DNA of 64,000 nucleotides from Chiloscyllium plagiosum (Eukaryota). Positions 11,716 through 25,213 of the stretch are shown one piece after another. The notes under the pieces were generated by a model. The model was given only the letters and a program-made list of their open reading frames with translations. It searched no databases and was not told the origin of the DNA. The stretch lies in contig NC_057757.1 of the NCBI RefSeq assembly GCF_004010195.1, positions 4,139,111 to 4,203,110 of the forward strand, read 5' to 3'. Every line of letters starts with the position of its first letter. Position 1 is the stretch's first letter. Both the position numbers and the translations under genes were made by a program.

Positions 11716-12762
11716 GACTAACGACACAACAAGTTGTGTGGTGTGAATGTTACTTGTAAATCTACACGGTTATAAACGGAATCCGGTACCTCAGGGATTG
11801 ATGCCTGGGCCCCAGCTATTCCCAATTAATGATGTCAATAGGGGAAACGAAATGTGATATCTCTGATTTGGCAGAGCCCACACAAGCTGAGTGAAAGGGT
11901 GGGCTGTGAGGAGGGTGCAGAGGTCCCTCAGTGCGATTTGGACAAGTTGAGTGAGTGGACAAATGCACAGCAGACAGAATCACAGAATCTGCAGACCTCA
12001 CCTTTTCNNNNNNNNNNNNNNNNNNNNNNNNNNNNNNNNNNNNNNNNNNNNNNNNNNNNNNNNNNNNNNNNNNNNNNNNNNNNNNNNNNNNNNNNNNNNN
12101 NNNNNNNNNNNNNNNNNNNNNNNNNNNNNNNNNNNNNNNNNNNNNNNNNNNNNNNNNNNNNNNNNNNNNNNNNNNNNNNNNNNNNNNNNNNNNNNNNNNN
12201 NNNNNNNNNNNNNNNNNNNNNNNNNNNNNNNNNNNNNNNNNNNNNNNNNNNNNNNNNNNNNNNNNNNNNNNNNNNNNNNNNNNNNNNNNNNNNNNNNNNN
12301 NNNNNNNNNNNNNNNNNNNNNNNNNNNNNNNNNNNNNNNNNNNNNNNNNNNNNNNNNNNNNNNNNNNNNNNNNNNNNNNNNNNNNNNNNNNNNNNNNNNN
12401 NNNNNNNNNNNNNNNNNNNNNNNNNNNNNNNNNNNNNNNNNNNNNNNNNNNNNNNNNNNNNNNNNNNNNNNNNNNNNNNNNNNNNNNNNNNNNNNNNNNN
12501 NNNNNNNTGAGGTGTCAGCAGAGACCAAAGACTGCGTGAGCCGCCAGTCTCGGGTGGATTGGCCCTGCTCAATTACCCCATAGTCTGCAAGCTCGATGGA
12601 TTAACTGCGGGGTAGGACTCAATGACTCTCCTTTGACACATTGTTCAGTCCGAAATCTGCATTGAACGACTGGGTGGCAGGACAGTAAGGGAAAATAAGA
12701 GGGAGGGGTGTGACTTTGGGGCAGTTCCCTGAGGGAGGAGAAAGACAGAAAGTAAGGCGTAA

Positions 12763-12835
12763 TGTCTCCACCCAGGATCAAACTGGGGTACCGTTTGCAT
12801 GTGAGGGAAACATGATAACCGCCACACAACAGAGC
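12763..12835 (-). pseudogene. tRNA-Val(CAC) pseudogene
   Basis: Recognisable GGTTATCA..CCTCACA..CCCCAGTTTGATCCTGGGTGGAGACA with broken stems. Confidence 0.75.
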
Positions 12836-13467
12836 AGACTTTTGTTACATGTTCATTCCTGCCCGGAGACAGCCCTGTGATTCAATGTGATTAGATACAA
12901 TGGCAGCGCCAGGATATTGGCTATTTCTGTGCACAGAGCTGTGCAGACGCTGACACTGAGAGTCTCTCTGAGCCTCTGCCTCTCTGTATCTCCACTTCTG
13001 TCTCGGTGTCTGTATCACCCCCTGTCTCTCTCTTTCTATATTTTTCTCCCTCTGAATCTCCCTCTCTCTCTGACTGTCTCTCTCGCTATGTCCCTCTCTG
13101 TCTCTGCATCTCCCTCTCTCTGTCTGTATTTCTCTCGCTGTCTCTCTCTCTCTCTCTGTCCCCACTCGCCCTGTGTCTGTATTTCTCACTGTGCACCTGT
13201 CTCTCTCTCTCTCTCTCTCTCTCTGTGTCTGTGTGTGAGCTTGGCCGGTCTGGCAATGCTGAGAGACAGTGTGAAAGCTGCAGGTTGCGAGAAAGAACTG
13301 AAGTCACTGGAGCAGAAATTAGGCCATTCGGCCCATCAAATCTGCTCTGCCATTCAACCCTGGCTGATAAGTTTCTCAACCCTTTTCTCCCGCTTTGTGG
13401 AGCCAGTGGCTTGGACGTGTCAGTGTGGCCGAATTCGACAGACGTGCGTGGACTGTTACTGCGTGGA

Positions 13468-14430
13468 TTCTGGATTAGTGGTGCTGGAAAAACACACCAG
13501 TTCAGGCAGCATCCGAGGAGCAGTAAAAGCGACGTTTCGGGCAAAAGCCCTTCATCAGGAATACAGGCAGAGAGCCTGAAGGGTGGAGAGATAAGTGAGA
13601 GGAGGGTGGGGGTGGCGAGAATGGAGCATAGAGTACAATAGGTGAGTGGGGGAGGAGATGAAGGTGATAGGTCACGGAGGGGGGAAAGGGTGGAGTGGAT
13701 AGGTGGAAAAGGAGCTAGGCAGGTAGGACAAGTCATGTGGACAGTGCTGAGCTGAACGTTTGGAACTGGGGTGAGGTGGGGGAAGGGGAAATGAGGAAAC
13801 TGTTGAAGTCCACATTGATGCCCTGGGGTTGAAGTGTTCCGAGGCAGAAGATGAGGCGTTCTTCCTCCAGGCGTCTGGTGGCGAGGGAGCTGCGGTAAAG
13901 GAGGCCCAGGACCTCCATGTCCTCGGCAGAGTGGGAGGGGGAGTTGAAATGTTGAGCCACTGGGCGATTTGGTTGATTGGTGCGGGTGTCTCGGAGATGT
14001 TCCCTAAAGCGCTCTGCTAGGAAGCGTCCAGTCTCCCCAATGTAGAGGAGACCGCATCGGGAGCAACGGATACAATAAATGATATTAGTGGATGTGCAAG
14101 TAAAACGTGGACCTGACCAGGTTGTCACGAAGTGAACGGTCTTTGCGGAAGGCGGAAAGGTGTGGGGAGGGAAATATATCCCTGGTGGTGGGGTCTGTTT
14201 GGAGGTGGCGGAAATGTCGGCGGATGATTTGGTTTATGCGAAGGTTGGTAGGGTGGAAGGTGAGCACCAGGGGCGTTCTGTCCTTGATACGGTTGGAGGG
14301 GTGGGGTCTGAGGGCGGAGGTGCGGGATGTGGATGAGATGCGTTGGAGGGCATCTTTAACCACGTGGGAAGGGAAATCGCGGTCTCTAAAGAAGGAAGCC
14401 ATCTGTTGTGTTCTGTGGTGGAACTGGTCC
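13468..14430 (-). mobile_element. Penelope-like element, 5'-truncated, with GIY-YIG endonuclease and hammerhead-containing 3' pLTR
   Basis: ORFs 14085-14402 and 13733-14128 give NIIYCIRC..CGLLYIGETGR..ERFREH..HFN..LGTLQPQGIN; pLTR has CTGATGA-AGGGCTTTTGCCC-GAAACGTC. Confidence 0.9.
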
Positions 14431-14469
14431 GTACCGAGTTTGCCTATGAGGAGGCTGGCTAGCGTGTGG

Positions 14470-14552
14470 GTCAGGATGGCCGAGCGGTCTAAGGCGCTGC
14501 GTTCAGGTCGCAGTCTCCCCTGGAGGCGTGGGTTCGAATCCCACTCCTGACA
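14470..14552 (+). tRNA. tRNA-Leu(CAG), intact
   Basis: 83 nt GTCAGGATGGCCGAGCGGTCTAAGG...TTCAGGT...GGTTCGAATCCCACTCCTGACA, canonical vertebrate sequence; TTTT 13 nt downstream. Confidence 0.97.
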
Positions 14553-14894
14553 AATGGCGTTTAGTTTTCAACTTCCCCAATGCCTGGTCTGTGATCTCGT
14601 TAACGCCATCCCTCCCGGCCACGATTTACAAAAACTGTCCTCTCATGTGTGTCAGCAGTATCTGGGTGTACGGTCCACACCCTCCCCCAGTGTCGATGGG
14701 CCGAATGGCATTTTGTAATGGAGCTCGCGGTAAAACGAGCGGCTGCCGAGAAAGTGTCTGTGTGTCTGCAGGGAGAAACAAGACTCTGCTTGAACTCAGA
14801 CCAGCGACAGAGGCAAAGTGGAAGTGCTTGTTGCTAGGTTGGATGGGGAGAGGCTGGGCAATGGGGGTGTGCCTGTGTTCTTTTTAACAAGCAG

Positions 14895-14922
14895 CATGCT
14901 CTACCGACTGAGCTAGCCGGGC
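14895..14922 (-). pseudogene. tRNA-Lys 5' fragment (nt 1-28)
   Basis: Perfect GCCCGGCTAGCTCAGTCGGTAGAGCATG, then homology stops abruptly. Confidence 0.85.
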
Positions 14923-15192
14923 CTCACACTGCCGGCTGCACCTACCTTGTGCCCGGTTGTGGTCAATTTGTTCCCTCTATTTCCCCAGTGATGTTTTCTG
15001 TTTCAAATATACAAGTGCTGCCGCTGGGAATCGGAAAATAAAACCGACATTACTTACAATCCACAGCTTGGATTTGACACAACTCATCCAGGCTCCTCCT
15101 CCTGCTGCTGACCGGGGAACCTGCAATCACCTCCCTCCCACACACTGCAAACACTCACAACCTGCTGCATTCACACTGTCACAACCGTCAAG

Positions 15193-15231
<39 letters not shown>

Positions 15232-15429
15232 ACAAAGAAAGAGAGAGAGGTGGAGTGGCGAGATGCAGAGACAGAAATAGGTAGAGAGAGACACAGAGAC
15301 AAAGAGAGAGAGAAAGACTCTTGGTGTCTGCGTTTGCACAACTCTGTGCACAGAAACAGCAACTATCCCGGGGAGGAAATTACATGAATTCGCCTCGGCG
15401 TGAAGGGACAAAAGCCATGCTCCAGAGCA

Positions 15430-15502
15430 GTTTCCGTAGTGTCGTGGTTATCACATTCGCCTCACACGCAAAAAGTCCCTACTTCGATCCTGGGTGGCAA
15501 AG
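15430..15502 (+). pseudogene. tRNA-Val(CAC) pseudogene
   Basis: GTTTCCGTAGTGTCGTGGTTATCACATTCGCCTCACACGC...; T-stem and acceptor stem mismatched. Confidence 0.85.
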
Positions 15503-16438
15503 TTGTGCAGCTTTCTGCCTTTTTCTTGCTTACGGGAAACAGGCCGAAACTCTCACATTCCCCATTCGAAGCTGAGAATTGATTCCTGGGGACAGGGTCA
15601 GTGACCTTGGCCGGTGTGGCAATGCTGGGAGACAGTGTGAAAGCTGCTGGATGCGAGAAAGGCCCTTAGACAGTGGAGCAGAAATTACACCAGTTGGCCC
15701 ATCGAACCTGCTCTGCCTGATAAATGGCTGATAAATTCACTGGACTGACCTTGTGATCAAATATCCCTCCCCTAGGCCAGGATTTGAGCGACTGCTGCTT
15801 CAGGGACGATTTACAAAAAAACATCCTTCAAATGTTTGTGTCAGTGAGTGTGAATGTGTGCAGCCTCTTTGTGTGCGGCCCATACCCTCCCCCAGTGTCA
15901 ATAATAAAAGCAGCAGCACTCGGTAATGAAGCTCTCAGTAAAATGAGCGGCAGAGAGAGAGAGAGTCTGTGTGTCACTGCACTCCATCAAACTGCAGGGA
16001 GAAACAAGCCTCTGCTTAAACTCAGAGGCAAAGTGGAAGTGATTGTTATCGAGATTAGAGCCGTGCTGGAAAAGCACAAGCAGGTCAGGCAGCATCCGAG
16101 GAGCAGGAAAGTCAACGTTTCGGGCAAAAACATCATTCCTGATGATTGACACTGTTCCTCCCCCAGGCCGTGATTTGAGCTCCCCCCCCCCCCCCGCTTC
16201 TCCAGGGATGATATACAAAAAAACACCCTTTAATGTTTGTGTCTGAAATTGTGAGCAGTCTCTGTGCGGCGCACACACCCTGCCCCAGTGTCGATGATAA
16301 AGGCAGCAGCACTCGGTAATGGGGCTCTCAATAAAGCTTCTGCGTGTGCCGTTGCACTCCATCAGACTGCAGAGAGAAACGAGCCGACACGTTGACGCAG
16401 AGCAATGAAGGTTTGTGTTTTTAAACAGGCTAGCGCAG

Positions 16439-16513
16439 CGCCCAATGTGGGGGTTGAACCGCCAACCGTGAGATTAAAAGTCTCGTACTCTCTCTCTACT
16501 GAGCTAGCCAGGC
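16439..16513 (-). pseudogene. tRNA-Lys pseudogene (CTT backbone, anticodon reads TTT)
   Basis: Lys-like throughout; D-loop replaced by AG repeat, T-arm damaged. Confidence 0.75.
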
Positions 16514-17096
16514 CTCACAGAAGGCTGTGCCACTGTCTTGTGCTTTGGTGTGGTGAATTTGTTTCCTCAATTACCTTTTCAGTTTTAACTGTAAAGGTGA
16601 TGCTCCTGCCATTGCTATGAATCGGAAATTAAAACCAACATAACTTATAACCCACAGCTTGGATTTGACAAAGTTCATCCAGGCCTCTCCTTCTCCTCCT
16701 CCTGTTGATGCTGTTGGGCGAACCTGCAATCACCTCCCTCCCACACACTCGCTGCAAACCTCACAACCTGCAGCATTCCCACTGTTACACCGGCCAAGCT
16801 CTCTCTCTCACACACACACAGACACAGACACTGACGCACACCTACACACAGATACCGAGAAAGAAATAGACACACAGACAGAGAGAGAGAGACAGACAGA
16901 CACACATACACACACAGATGCCGAGACAGAAATAGAGACAGGCAGACACACACAAAGATTCTTAGTGTCTGAATTTGCACAACTCTGTACACAGAAACAG
17001 CGGATTTCCCGGGGCTGAAATTGCATCAATTCGCCGTGAATCACAGAACTCCCCCAAGGCCGGAAGGGGCATGTGCAGACGTCTAAGAGCAGCGCA

Positions 17097-17166
17097 GTTT
17101 TCGTAGTGTCGTGGTTATCGCGTTTCTACACGCGGAAGGTTCCCAGTTCGACCCTAGGTGGAGACA
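17097..17166 (+). pseudogene. tRNA-Val pseudogene
   Basis: A/B boxes recognisable; deletion in the anticodon arm. Confidence 0.75.
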
Positions 17167-17804
17167 TTGCAATCAGAACTTTTCTTACTGTCGAGAACCA
17201 GGCCCAAACTCACACATTCCCCCATCCGAAGCTGAGAATTGATTCCTTGGGGGGCAGGGTCAGTGAGAGGTTTGGTGAGATTGCAGAGAGGGCTAGAGAG
17301 CTGTTGGAATGAAGGGGCCGGTTTCAAAAGAAGTCAGTCACCCAACACGTCTTGGGGCCACAGCCCTGAGGCCCAGGCTCTCTCCCATTGTCGGAGAGAA
17401 TGAGGACTGCAGATGCTGGAAGTCAGAGTCCTGAGTGTGATGCTGGAAAAGCACAGCAGGTCCGGCAGCATCAGGAGCAGGCGAATGAACGTTTCAGGCT
17501 GTGAGGAATGAGGGATGTTGAGATAAATGGGCGGTGGTGGGGGAGGGAGGTAGCTGAGAGTGATAGAGGTGGAGACCACTCACTGCAAACACTCACAACC
17601 GGCAGCATTCACACTGTTACACCGACCATGCTCATATACACCGAGACACACACACACACACACATATTCTTGGTGTCTGAGTTTGCACAACTCTGTACAC
17701 AGAAACAGCAGGTATCCCGGGGCTGAGATTGCATAAATTCGCCTTGAATCACAGGGCTCCCTCCAGGCAGGAAGGCACATATACAAAGCAACCATTACGG
17801 TGCA

Positions 17805-17862
17805 GTTTCCATAGTGTTGTGGTTATCCAAAGCTTCCCCCAGTTCAATCCTGGGTGGGAAAA
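17805..17862 (+). pseudogene. tRNA-Val pseudogene, anticodon arm deleted
   Basis: GTTTCCATAGTGTTGTGGTTATC...CCCAGTTCAATCCTGGGTGGGAAA. Confidence 0.7.
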
Positions 17863-17902
17863 TTGTGCTGCAGAATTTTTTCTTACTGTCGAGAAACAGC
17901 CC

Positions 17903-18145
17903 CAAACTCACACATTCCCCCATCCGAAGCTGAGAATTGATTCCTTGGGGGCAGGGTCAGTGAGAGGTTTGGTAAGATTGCAGAGTGGGTCAGAGAGCTG
18001 TTGGAGAGAAGGGGCCGGTTTCAAACTCACACATTCCCCCATCCGAAGCTGAGAATTGATTCCTTGGGGGGCAGGGTCAGTGAGAGGTTTGGTGAGATTG
18101 CAGAGTGGGTCAGAGAGCTGTTGGAGAGAAGGGGCCGGTTTCAAA
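17903..18145 (+). repeat. Local ~120-bp tandem duplication in cassette spacer
   Basis: CAAACTCACACATTCCCCCATCCGAAGC...GGGGCCGGTTT occurs twice, near identical. Confidence 0.85.
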
Positions 18146-19084
18146 AGAAGTCAGTCACCCAACACGGATCTTGGAGCCACAGCCCTGAGGCCCAGGCTCT
18201 CTCCCATTGTCGGAGAGAATGAGGACTGCAGATGCTGGAGGTCAGAGTCCTGAGTGTGATGCTGGAAAAGCACAGCCGGTCAGACAGCAACAGGAGCAGG
18301 AGAATCAACATTTTGGGCAAAAGCCCGTCACCAGGAATGAGGCTGTGAGCCAAGGGGGTGGTGAGTTATATGGGTTGGGGGTGGGGGTGGGGGAAGGTAG
18401 CTGAGAGTAATATAGGTAAATGGTGAGAGATCGGAGAGGAGGGTGGAGCGGATAGGTTGGAAGGAAGAGGTGGACAAGGGATGTAAAGAGGGGATACAGG
18501 GGTTGACTGAAGAAGGAAATCAGGAGGCCGAAAAGTGGACATGAGGTAGCCTTGGCTGAGAAGATTAGGGTGATTCCAAAGAGGTACTTTAAATATATTT
18601 AATGAAAAAAAGAATAACAAGAGGGAGAATATGGTCCCACAAGGCCCTCAATCACTCCGCACTATCACCTGGCATTGTGTAATCAAATCTCTCTGCAGGG
18701 CTGCTGGAGATTTGAACAAATTATCTTTCCCATCCTCTCATCAAACCCGACCCTCCTCCAAATGAGGTGTTGGCTCTCCCCAATGGGAGAGGAGCTCACT
18801 CTTGTATTCATTAATCCCAGCTGAAGGAGGTGGGAAGGTGGGGAGGGGTTCTCACTGAGGGTTTGGATAAATGGGAATAGACAGCAGCATGAGCCGGTGG
18901 GAGGTGTGTACAGGCAGCGCTGCGTCAGTGAGAAACCCCCTGTGAGTGTGTGTGTGTATGGCCCAGGACAGTGTGAGTGAGCAAGGGCCTCCAGAATATC
19001 CTGGATGGGAAAGGCACTTTGTTCAAGTCACCAGGAACCCTAACACGAGATCTGATTACACAATGCCAGGTTATGGTGCTGTGT

Positions 19085-20580
19085 GATTGAGAGACCCTAT
19101 TCTCTCTAGTTATTCTTTTTCCTTTAATATACTGAACGTACCACTTTGGAATCACCCTAATCTTCTCATCCAAGGTTATCTCGTGCCCCCTTTACGGTTT
19201 TCTGATTTTCTTCTTCCGTAAGCTCTTGTATATCCGGTGTACCTCCAGAGATTCCCATGATCCCAGCTGTATGTATCTGAGCCACGCATCCTTTTTTTTC
19301 TGTTCAAAGCCTCAATATATCTTGTCATCCAGGGGTCCCTACTATTGCCACCCTTGCCTTTTCACCCTCACAGGAACATATAGACGTTGAACTCTGGATA
19401 TCTCACTTATAAAGGCCTCCCACTTGCCAGAGGTCCCTTTGCCTGCAAACAAACTCCTCCAATCAATCCCTGCAAGCCCCTGTCTAATCCCATCCAAATC
19501 CACCTTGCCCCAGTTTAGAACTTGAACCGTTGGACCAGTTTTGCCTCTCTCCATAACAATTTTAAAATGAATACAACTGCGGTCACTGGTCTCAAAGTGC
19601 TCCCCCACTGTCAGCTGCATCACCTGTCCTGCCCTCCTTCCCAAGAGTAGGTTGAGTTTTGCCAAATCCCATGTAGAACCCTTTGTATCATCAAAACCCT
19701 TAACGCTATGTTAGGAAAATTAAAGTTCCTTACTATGACAAACATTTTACTCTTGCAAGTCTACCCAGTCTCCCTGCATATTTCTTCCTCTAATGCCAGT
19801 TGACTATTTGGGGGCCAATAACATCACCATCCTCTCCTTATTTCTTAGCTACGCCGACAAAACCTCACTGGATGACACTTTAGCTACTCCATCTCTGACT
19901 ACTGCTGTGACATTCACCTTAATCGTAAATGCAAACCCCACTCCTCTCCTTCCACCATCTCTGTCCTGCCTAAAGCACTTGTACCATGATACATTAACCT
20001 GCCAGTGCTGTCTCTACCTTAGCCAGGTTTCTGTAATGGCTGTAATATCCCAGTGCCATGAACCGATCCACACCCTGAGTTCATCGGCCTTACCTGTCAG
20101 CCCTCTTGCATTGAAATAAATGCAATTTAATCTGACAGACATTCCTTGTTTCCTGTCTTGTTCCAGCCTGACCTGTCTCTTCAACCTACTATTTCCAATT
20201 ACTGTATTTCCTTCCAGCATTTGCCTTCTTGCTGTTGAGGATCCAATTCTCTCTGACAATCCAGTTTGAATCCTCCCTTGCTGCACTAACAAACCTGAAT
20301 GCCAAGATATTGGTCCCCCTCCAGTTCAGATACAACCCGTTGCTCTTGAACAGGTCACCTCTGCCCCAGAAAAGATCTAAAAATCTGAATCCCTGCCCCT
20401 GCATCAATTCTTTTGCCATGCATTCATTTGCCATATCCTCCTGTTCTTACCCTATCTAACATGTGGAATTGGAGGTAATCCAGAGATTATCACCAAGGAG
20501 GTCCTGGTTTATTTCTTTTATTCTATAATCACTCTGCAGGACTTCATCCCTATTTCTACCTATGTCATTTGTGCCAAAGG
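19085..20580 (-). mobile_element. Degenerate CR1 LINE (ORF1 esterase end + ORF2 APE endonuclease); paralogous copy at ~30990-32320
   Basis: LNCIYFNARGLTGKADEL..ITETWL, TSDH/TSDR, FWGRGDLFK.NGL.LNW.GTNILA. Confidence 0.85.
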
Positions 20581-21400
20581 GCACAATGTGGTTGAGGGCC
20601 CTGTCAGCCACAGTGGGTGGGAAAACACAATCATGGAAGCAGCAAGCCATGTCAACAGCACTGATCTGGAAGGTGGCATCATTCGAACAAATGTGACTAG
20701 GTGAAGGGACATGAAAGGACATGAAAGACACTTTTCCAGGATGTGGGGTGTGATGAGCTGTTGTGTGGGTAGCTCTGGGAATCAGTGGCTGTGTAGTGGA
20801 TGGAGGTGGAGCATTTATTCTCTGAAATGGAGAGAGCGAGGTCAAGAATAGGAAAGGAAATGTCGGAGATAGACAATGTGAAAATTATAGAGGGGTTGAA
20901 ATTGGAGACAAAATGAACAGATTTTTCAAGGACCAGAATGAGGTAGCACAGAAACAGTCATCACTGAACACAAACACAGAATTGTGGGAGGGGGGGACCA
21001 GTGGTCCTTGTTCTACATACCCCATAAAGGGGCAGAAGTAACTGTGCGACCCATGCTGGTGCCCAAAGCCACTGCTTTGCAGAAGTGAGATGAATTAAAG
21101 GAGAAATGGTTCAGTGAGAGACCAGGTTCAGCCCAGTGGAGGAGAGGATGTTGGATGGGGATTGTTCAGGTGTCTGCTCGAGGAAGAAGCTGAGAGATCT
21201 CAGACCACCCTGGTGGGGAATGGAGGTGTAGACGGATTGGACATTTTGGTGAACAGGAGGCCGTTACGACCAGGGGACTGGAAATTGTCGATATGGTGGA
21301 GGGCATTAGATGCAGTTAGATAGGGACTGGACAAATGGGTAGAGAATGGAGGCGAGGTAGGGATATATGAGCTCGGTGGGGCAGGAACAGGTTGGTACAA
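20580..21400 (-). mobile_element. Degenerate Penelope-like RT fragment; paralogous copy at ~32320-33130
   Basis: Remnants such as LLFTMNVQSL.TSIPHQGGL, A(M)GT.M, WYSDD and HPTSWKDSIPFSQ. Confidence 0.65.
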
Positions 21401-21503
21401 TGGGCAAATGTGTGAGAGAATTAGAGTTCGAGAGATGTGGACTGACCTTTATGAACCGATTATGCCCGGACTGTGAGCATTGTGGAGCCCATGGCTGGTA
21501 TGT

Positions 21504-21586
21504 GTCAGGATGCTCGAGCGGTTAACAGCACTGCACTCAGGTCACAGTCTCTCCTGGAGATGCTGGTTTGGATCCCACCCCTGACA
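21504..21586 (+). pseudogene. tRNA-Leu(CAG) pseudogene
   Basis: Full-length match to 14470 copy with many substitutions, T-loop TTGGATC. Confidence 0.8.
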
Positions 21587-21689
21587 GTGAAGGCTCATTT
21601 TAAAGTCATGAATGACTGGAGTGTCGCCTTGTAATAAAATTGACACTTCAGGACTGGAGTGTCCTGCTGATGTGGTGTCAGAAATTAAA

Positions 21690-21925
21690 TAAAAATCGAA
21701 AGAACTGCAGATGCTGTAAATCAGAAACAGAAACAGATTTTGGTGAAAAATTCAGAACTGAGAAGTTAATTTTGCTTTCTCTCCACAGAGGCCGCTAGAC
21801 CTGCTGAGCTTTTCTCGCAAATTTCAGAACTGAGGAAGGGTCACTTGACCTGAAACGTTAACTCTAATTTCTCTCCACTGATGCTGTGAGGCCTGTTGAG
21901 CTTTTCCAGCAATTTCTGTTTTTGG
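21690..21925. mobile_element. Short Penelope-type pLTR element with hammerhead-like core
   Basis: CTGAGGA-AGGGTCACTTGACCT-GAAACGTTA at 21830-21860; internal inverted/direct repeats. Confidence 0.6.
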
Positions 21926-22319
21926 CCCAGCTGTTTGTTTGCGTCTGTGAGTGAGTGTGAATGTGTGCAGCCTCTGGCTTTGTGGCCCAGCTTTCCACAG
22001 TGTGTCAATAATAAAGGCAGCACTAATAGAGCTCTCAATACAGCGACTATGTGTTCACTGCACCCCATCAGAGAGAATTGGGCCTTTTTATTTACTAATA
22101 ATGCGGAGGTGCCGTGTTAGATTAGTGTTGACAAAGTTACAAGACACACAATATCAGGTCATAGCCCAACAGGCTGATTTGAAAGCTTCAGCCCACCCCG
22201 AACAGTGAGGGCTCATTTTAATGTCATGAACTACTGGAGCGTGACCTTGTGATAAAATTAACACTGTCCACAGATGCCGTGATGGATGTGGTTGGTGATG
22301 ATTCATGAGATGGAGGCGT

Positions 22320-22369
22320 CATGAGACGCTTCATCTCAGGGTCATTGGGTTCAAGCCCCACGTTGGGTG
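22320..22369 (+). pseudogene. tRNA-Lys 3' part pseudogene
   Basis: CATGAGAC..ATCTCAGGGTC..GGGTTCAAGCCCCACGTTGGG. Confidence 0.7.
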
Positions 22370-22974
22370 ATGTGCTCCATTTGTAAACAGACACACCCTT
22401 TCCCTAACAACAGCTCTCTCCCATTTGGATGCACCCTGTTTTTTCACTGTCTGAGTGAATCAGGAGGTTCAATACTCTCAGGTGCCTGATGAAGGGCTGA
22501 TGGCCGAAACGTCGACTCTCCTGTTTCCAGCACCACACTCTTAGACTCTGGTCTCCAGCATCTGCAGTCCTCACTTTCTCCTAAATTCTCCCTACAGTCT
22601 GATGGAGTGCAGCAACACACAGACACTCTCTCTGCAGCCGCTCGCTTCACTGAGAGCTCCGTTACTGAGTGCTGCTGCCTTTACCTTCCATAACCAGGAG
22701 AATTTCACAAAAAAATACAACCAGGAGATTATAATTTCCTCAACTCAGAGAAAAAACATTCATCGAAGTGACCATTCTGCCCACTTAGTCTGTGCTGGAG
22801 GAAGAGGGAGGGTTCTTGCTGAAGGGTTTGGATAAATGAGAATGGACAGCAACATGAGCCAATGGGATGTGTTAAGGCAGCGCTGAGTGTGTGAGGAAGC
22901 TCCAGCACCAACCCATTCCCGGTTCAGCCCAGTGTGAAGCAGAGCTGAGTCATCACCCCAAAAGCATCCCCTCT

Positions 22975-24325
22975 CCTTTGAATCCTTTAGACCAATGGGG
23001 TAGTGATGGGCACCTGCATGAGCCCCAACTATGCCTGTCTGTTCATTAGGTACGTGAAATAGTTAATCTTCCAAAGTTAACCAGGCACAATTTGCCATCT
23101 TTTCCTCCACTACATCGATGACTGTATCGGCGCCACCTCAAGCTCCCACAAATAGGTTGAACAGTCCATCAACTTCATGAACACATTCTCAAATTCACCT
23201 CGAGCATTTCAGACACCTTCCTCCACTTCCTGGGCCTCGCCATCTCCATTTCTGGTAACAGACTCAATCGGACATCTACTTCAAACCCATCAACACCCAT
23301 CAAAAGAGAAAATGCTGGAAAATCTCAGTAGGTCTGGCAGCATCTGTAAGAAGAGAAAAGAGCTGATGTTTCAAGTCTAATTGACCCTTTGTCAAAGCTG
23401 GCCCATCAACTCCACCCGACCTCCTGTAGAAATGCAACCCATCAGTCCCTATTTCTCTGCCTCCGCTGTATATGCTCCGAGGAGAACCAATTCCACTCCA
23501 GAACATCCCAGATGACCCCCTACCTCAAGGACCATAATTTCCCCTCCAATGTGGTCACCAATGCCCTCCAATGCATCTCTTCCACTTCCCTCTGCCCTTC
23601 AATCCCACCCCTACAACTGCAGCAAGGATAGAACCACCCGGTCCTCACCTTGCACCTCACCAATCTCTGGATACAATACATCATCCTACACGATTTTCCC
23701 CACCTACAGTCAGACCCCACCTCCAGAGATAAAATTCCTTCTCCACTTTTTTCAGCATTCTGCAGTGACCATTCCCTCTGTGACTCCCTCATTAGGACCA
23801 CGCCTCCCCACCAACCTATCCACCAAAAGAAGTGTACAACCTGCACCTACGCCTCCCCCCTCACCTCCATCCAAGGCCCGAAAGGATCCTTCCACATTTG
23901 GTAGAGATTTTCCTGCACATCCAAACACCTCATCTGCTATGTCCATTGTTCTTGATGTGGTCTCCTCTACATTGGAGATACAAGATGCCAACCTGTGGAA
24001 TGTTCCCGAGAACATACCTGGGACACACAAACTATACAACCATACAGACCACTTCAAGTGCCCCTCTAACTCTGCCAAGGACATGCAAGTCCTGGGCCTC
24101 CTGCCCTGCCAAATCCTAGCCACATGATGACTGGAGGAAGAACGCTTCATCTTCCGCCTTTGGACCCTCCAACCACACAGAACCAATGTCAATTTCAGCA
24201 GTTTCCCAATCTCCCCTCCCCCCACCTTATCCCGGATCCAACCCTCCAACTCGGCCCCTGCTCCTCAGATGCTGCCTGACCTGCTGTGCTTTTCCAGTAC
24301 CATAGTCAGGACTCTGACCTCCAGC
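22975..24325 (+). mobile_element. Degenerate Penelope-like element (RT 3' part, GIY-YIG, pLTR)
   Basis: GVVMGTCMSPNYACLF, YIDD, then sequence homologous to 13733-14430. Confidence 0.85.
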
Positions 24326-24566
24326 CCTCACACTCTCCGACAATGTGAGGGAGCCTGGGTCTCGGAGATGTAGCTTCAAGTTCCAGGTTGGGTGACTGAT
24401 GTCTTTTGAAACACGCACCTTCTTTCTACGAGCTCTCTGACCCACTCTGCAATCTCCCCTGAAGTCTCACTGACCCTGCTCCAAGGAATCAATTTTCAGC
24501 TTCGGATAGGGGAATGTGTGAGTTTGGGCCTGTTTCATGAAAGGAAGATAAAGTTCGGCAGCATAC

Positions 24567-24639
24567 TGTTCCCACCCAGGATCGAAGTAGGGACCTTTCG
24601 CGTGTGAGGTGAACATGATAACGACTAGACTATGGAAAC
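24567..24639 (-). pseudogene. tRNA-Val(CAC) pseudogene
   Basis: 73 nt; D-loop GG lost, D- and T-stems mismatched. Confidence 0.85.
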
Positions 24640-25185
24640 ACCACGGCAATATTGACCCCACTACATGTTCCTTACAGCCTTGGGGTGGGGAGGGGTGGAA
24701 CCGCTAAACCTGTGATTCACGGGGAATGTATGCAATCTCAGCCCCGGGATACTTGCTGTTTCTGTGTACAGAAATGTGCAAATCCGACACCAAGAGTCTC
24801 TCTCTCTCTCTCTCTTTGTCTCTGTGTGTCTCTCTCTCTATCTATTTATTTCTGTCTCTGTATCTCCTCCCCCACCCCCATCTCTGTGTGTGTGTGTGAG
24901 AGAGAGAGGGAGCTTGGCCGGTGTGACAGTGTGAATGCTGCAGGTTGTGAGTGTTTGCAGTGTGTGGGAGGGAGGTGATTGCAGGTTCCCCCGACAGCAG
25001 CAGGAGGAGGAGGAGCCTGGATGAGTTGTGTCAAATCCAAGCTGTGGATTGTGAGTAATGTCGGTTTTATTTTCCGATTCCCAGCGGCAGCACTTATGTA
25101 TTTGAAACAGAAAATATCACTGGGGAAATAGAGGGAACAAATTGACCACAACCAGGCACAAGGTAGGAGCAGCCGGCAGTGTGAG

Positions 25186-25213
25186 GTCCGGCTAGCTCAG
25201 TCGGTTGAGCATG
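25186..25213 (+). pseudogene. tRNA-Lys 5' fragment
   Basis: GTCCGGCTAGCTCAGTCGGTTGAGCATG then CTGCTTTTT; same breakpoint as the 14895 copy. Confidence 0.8.
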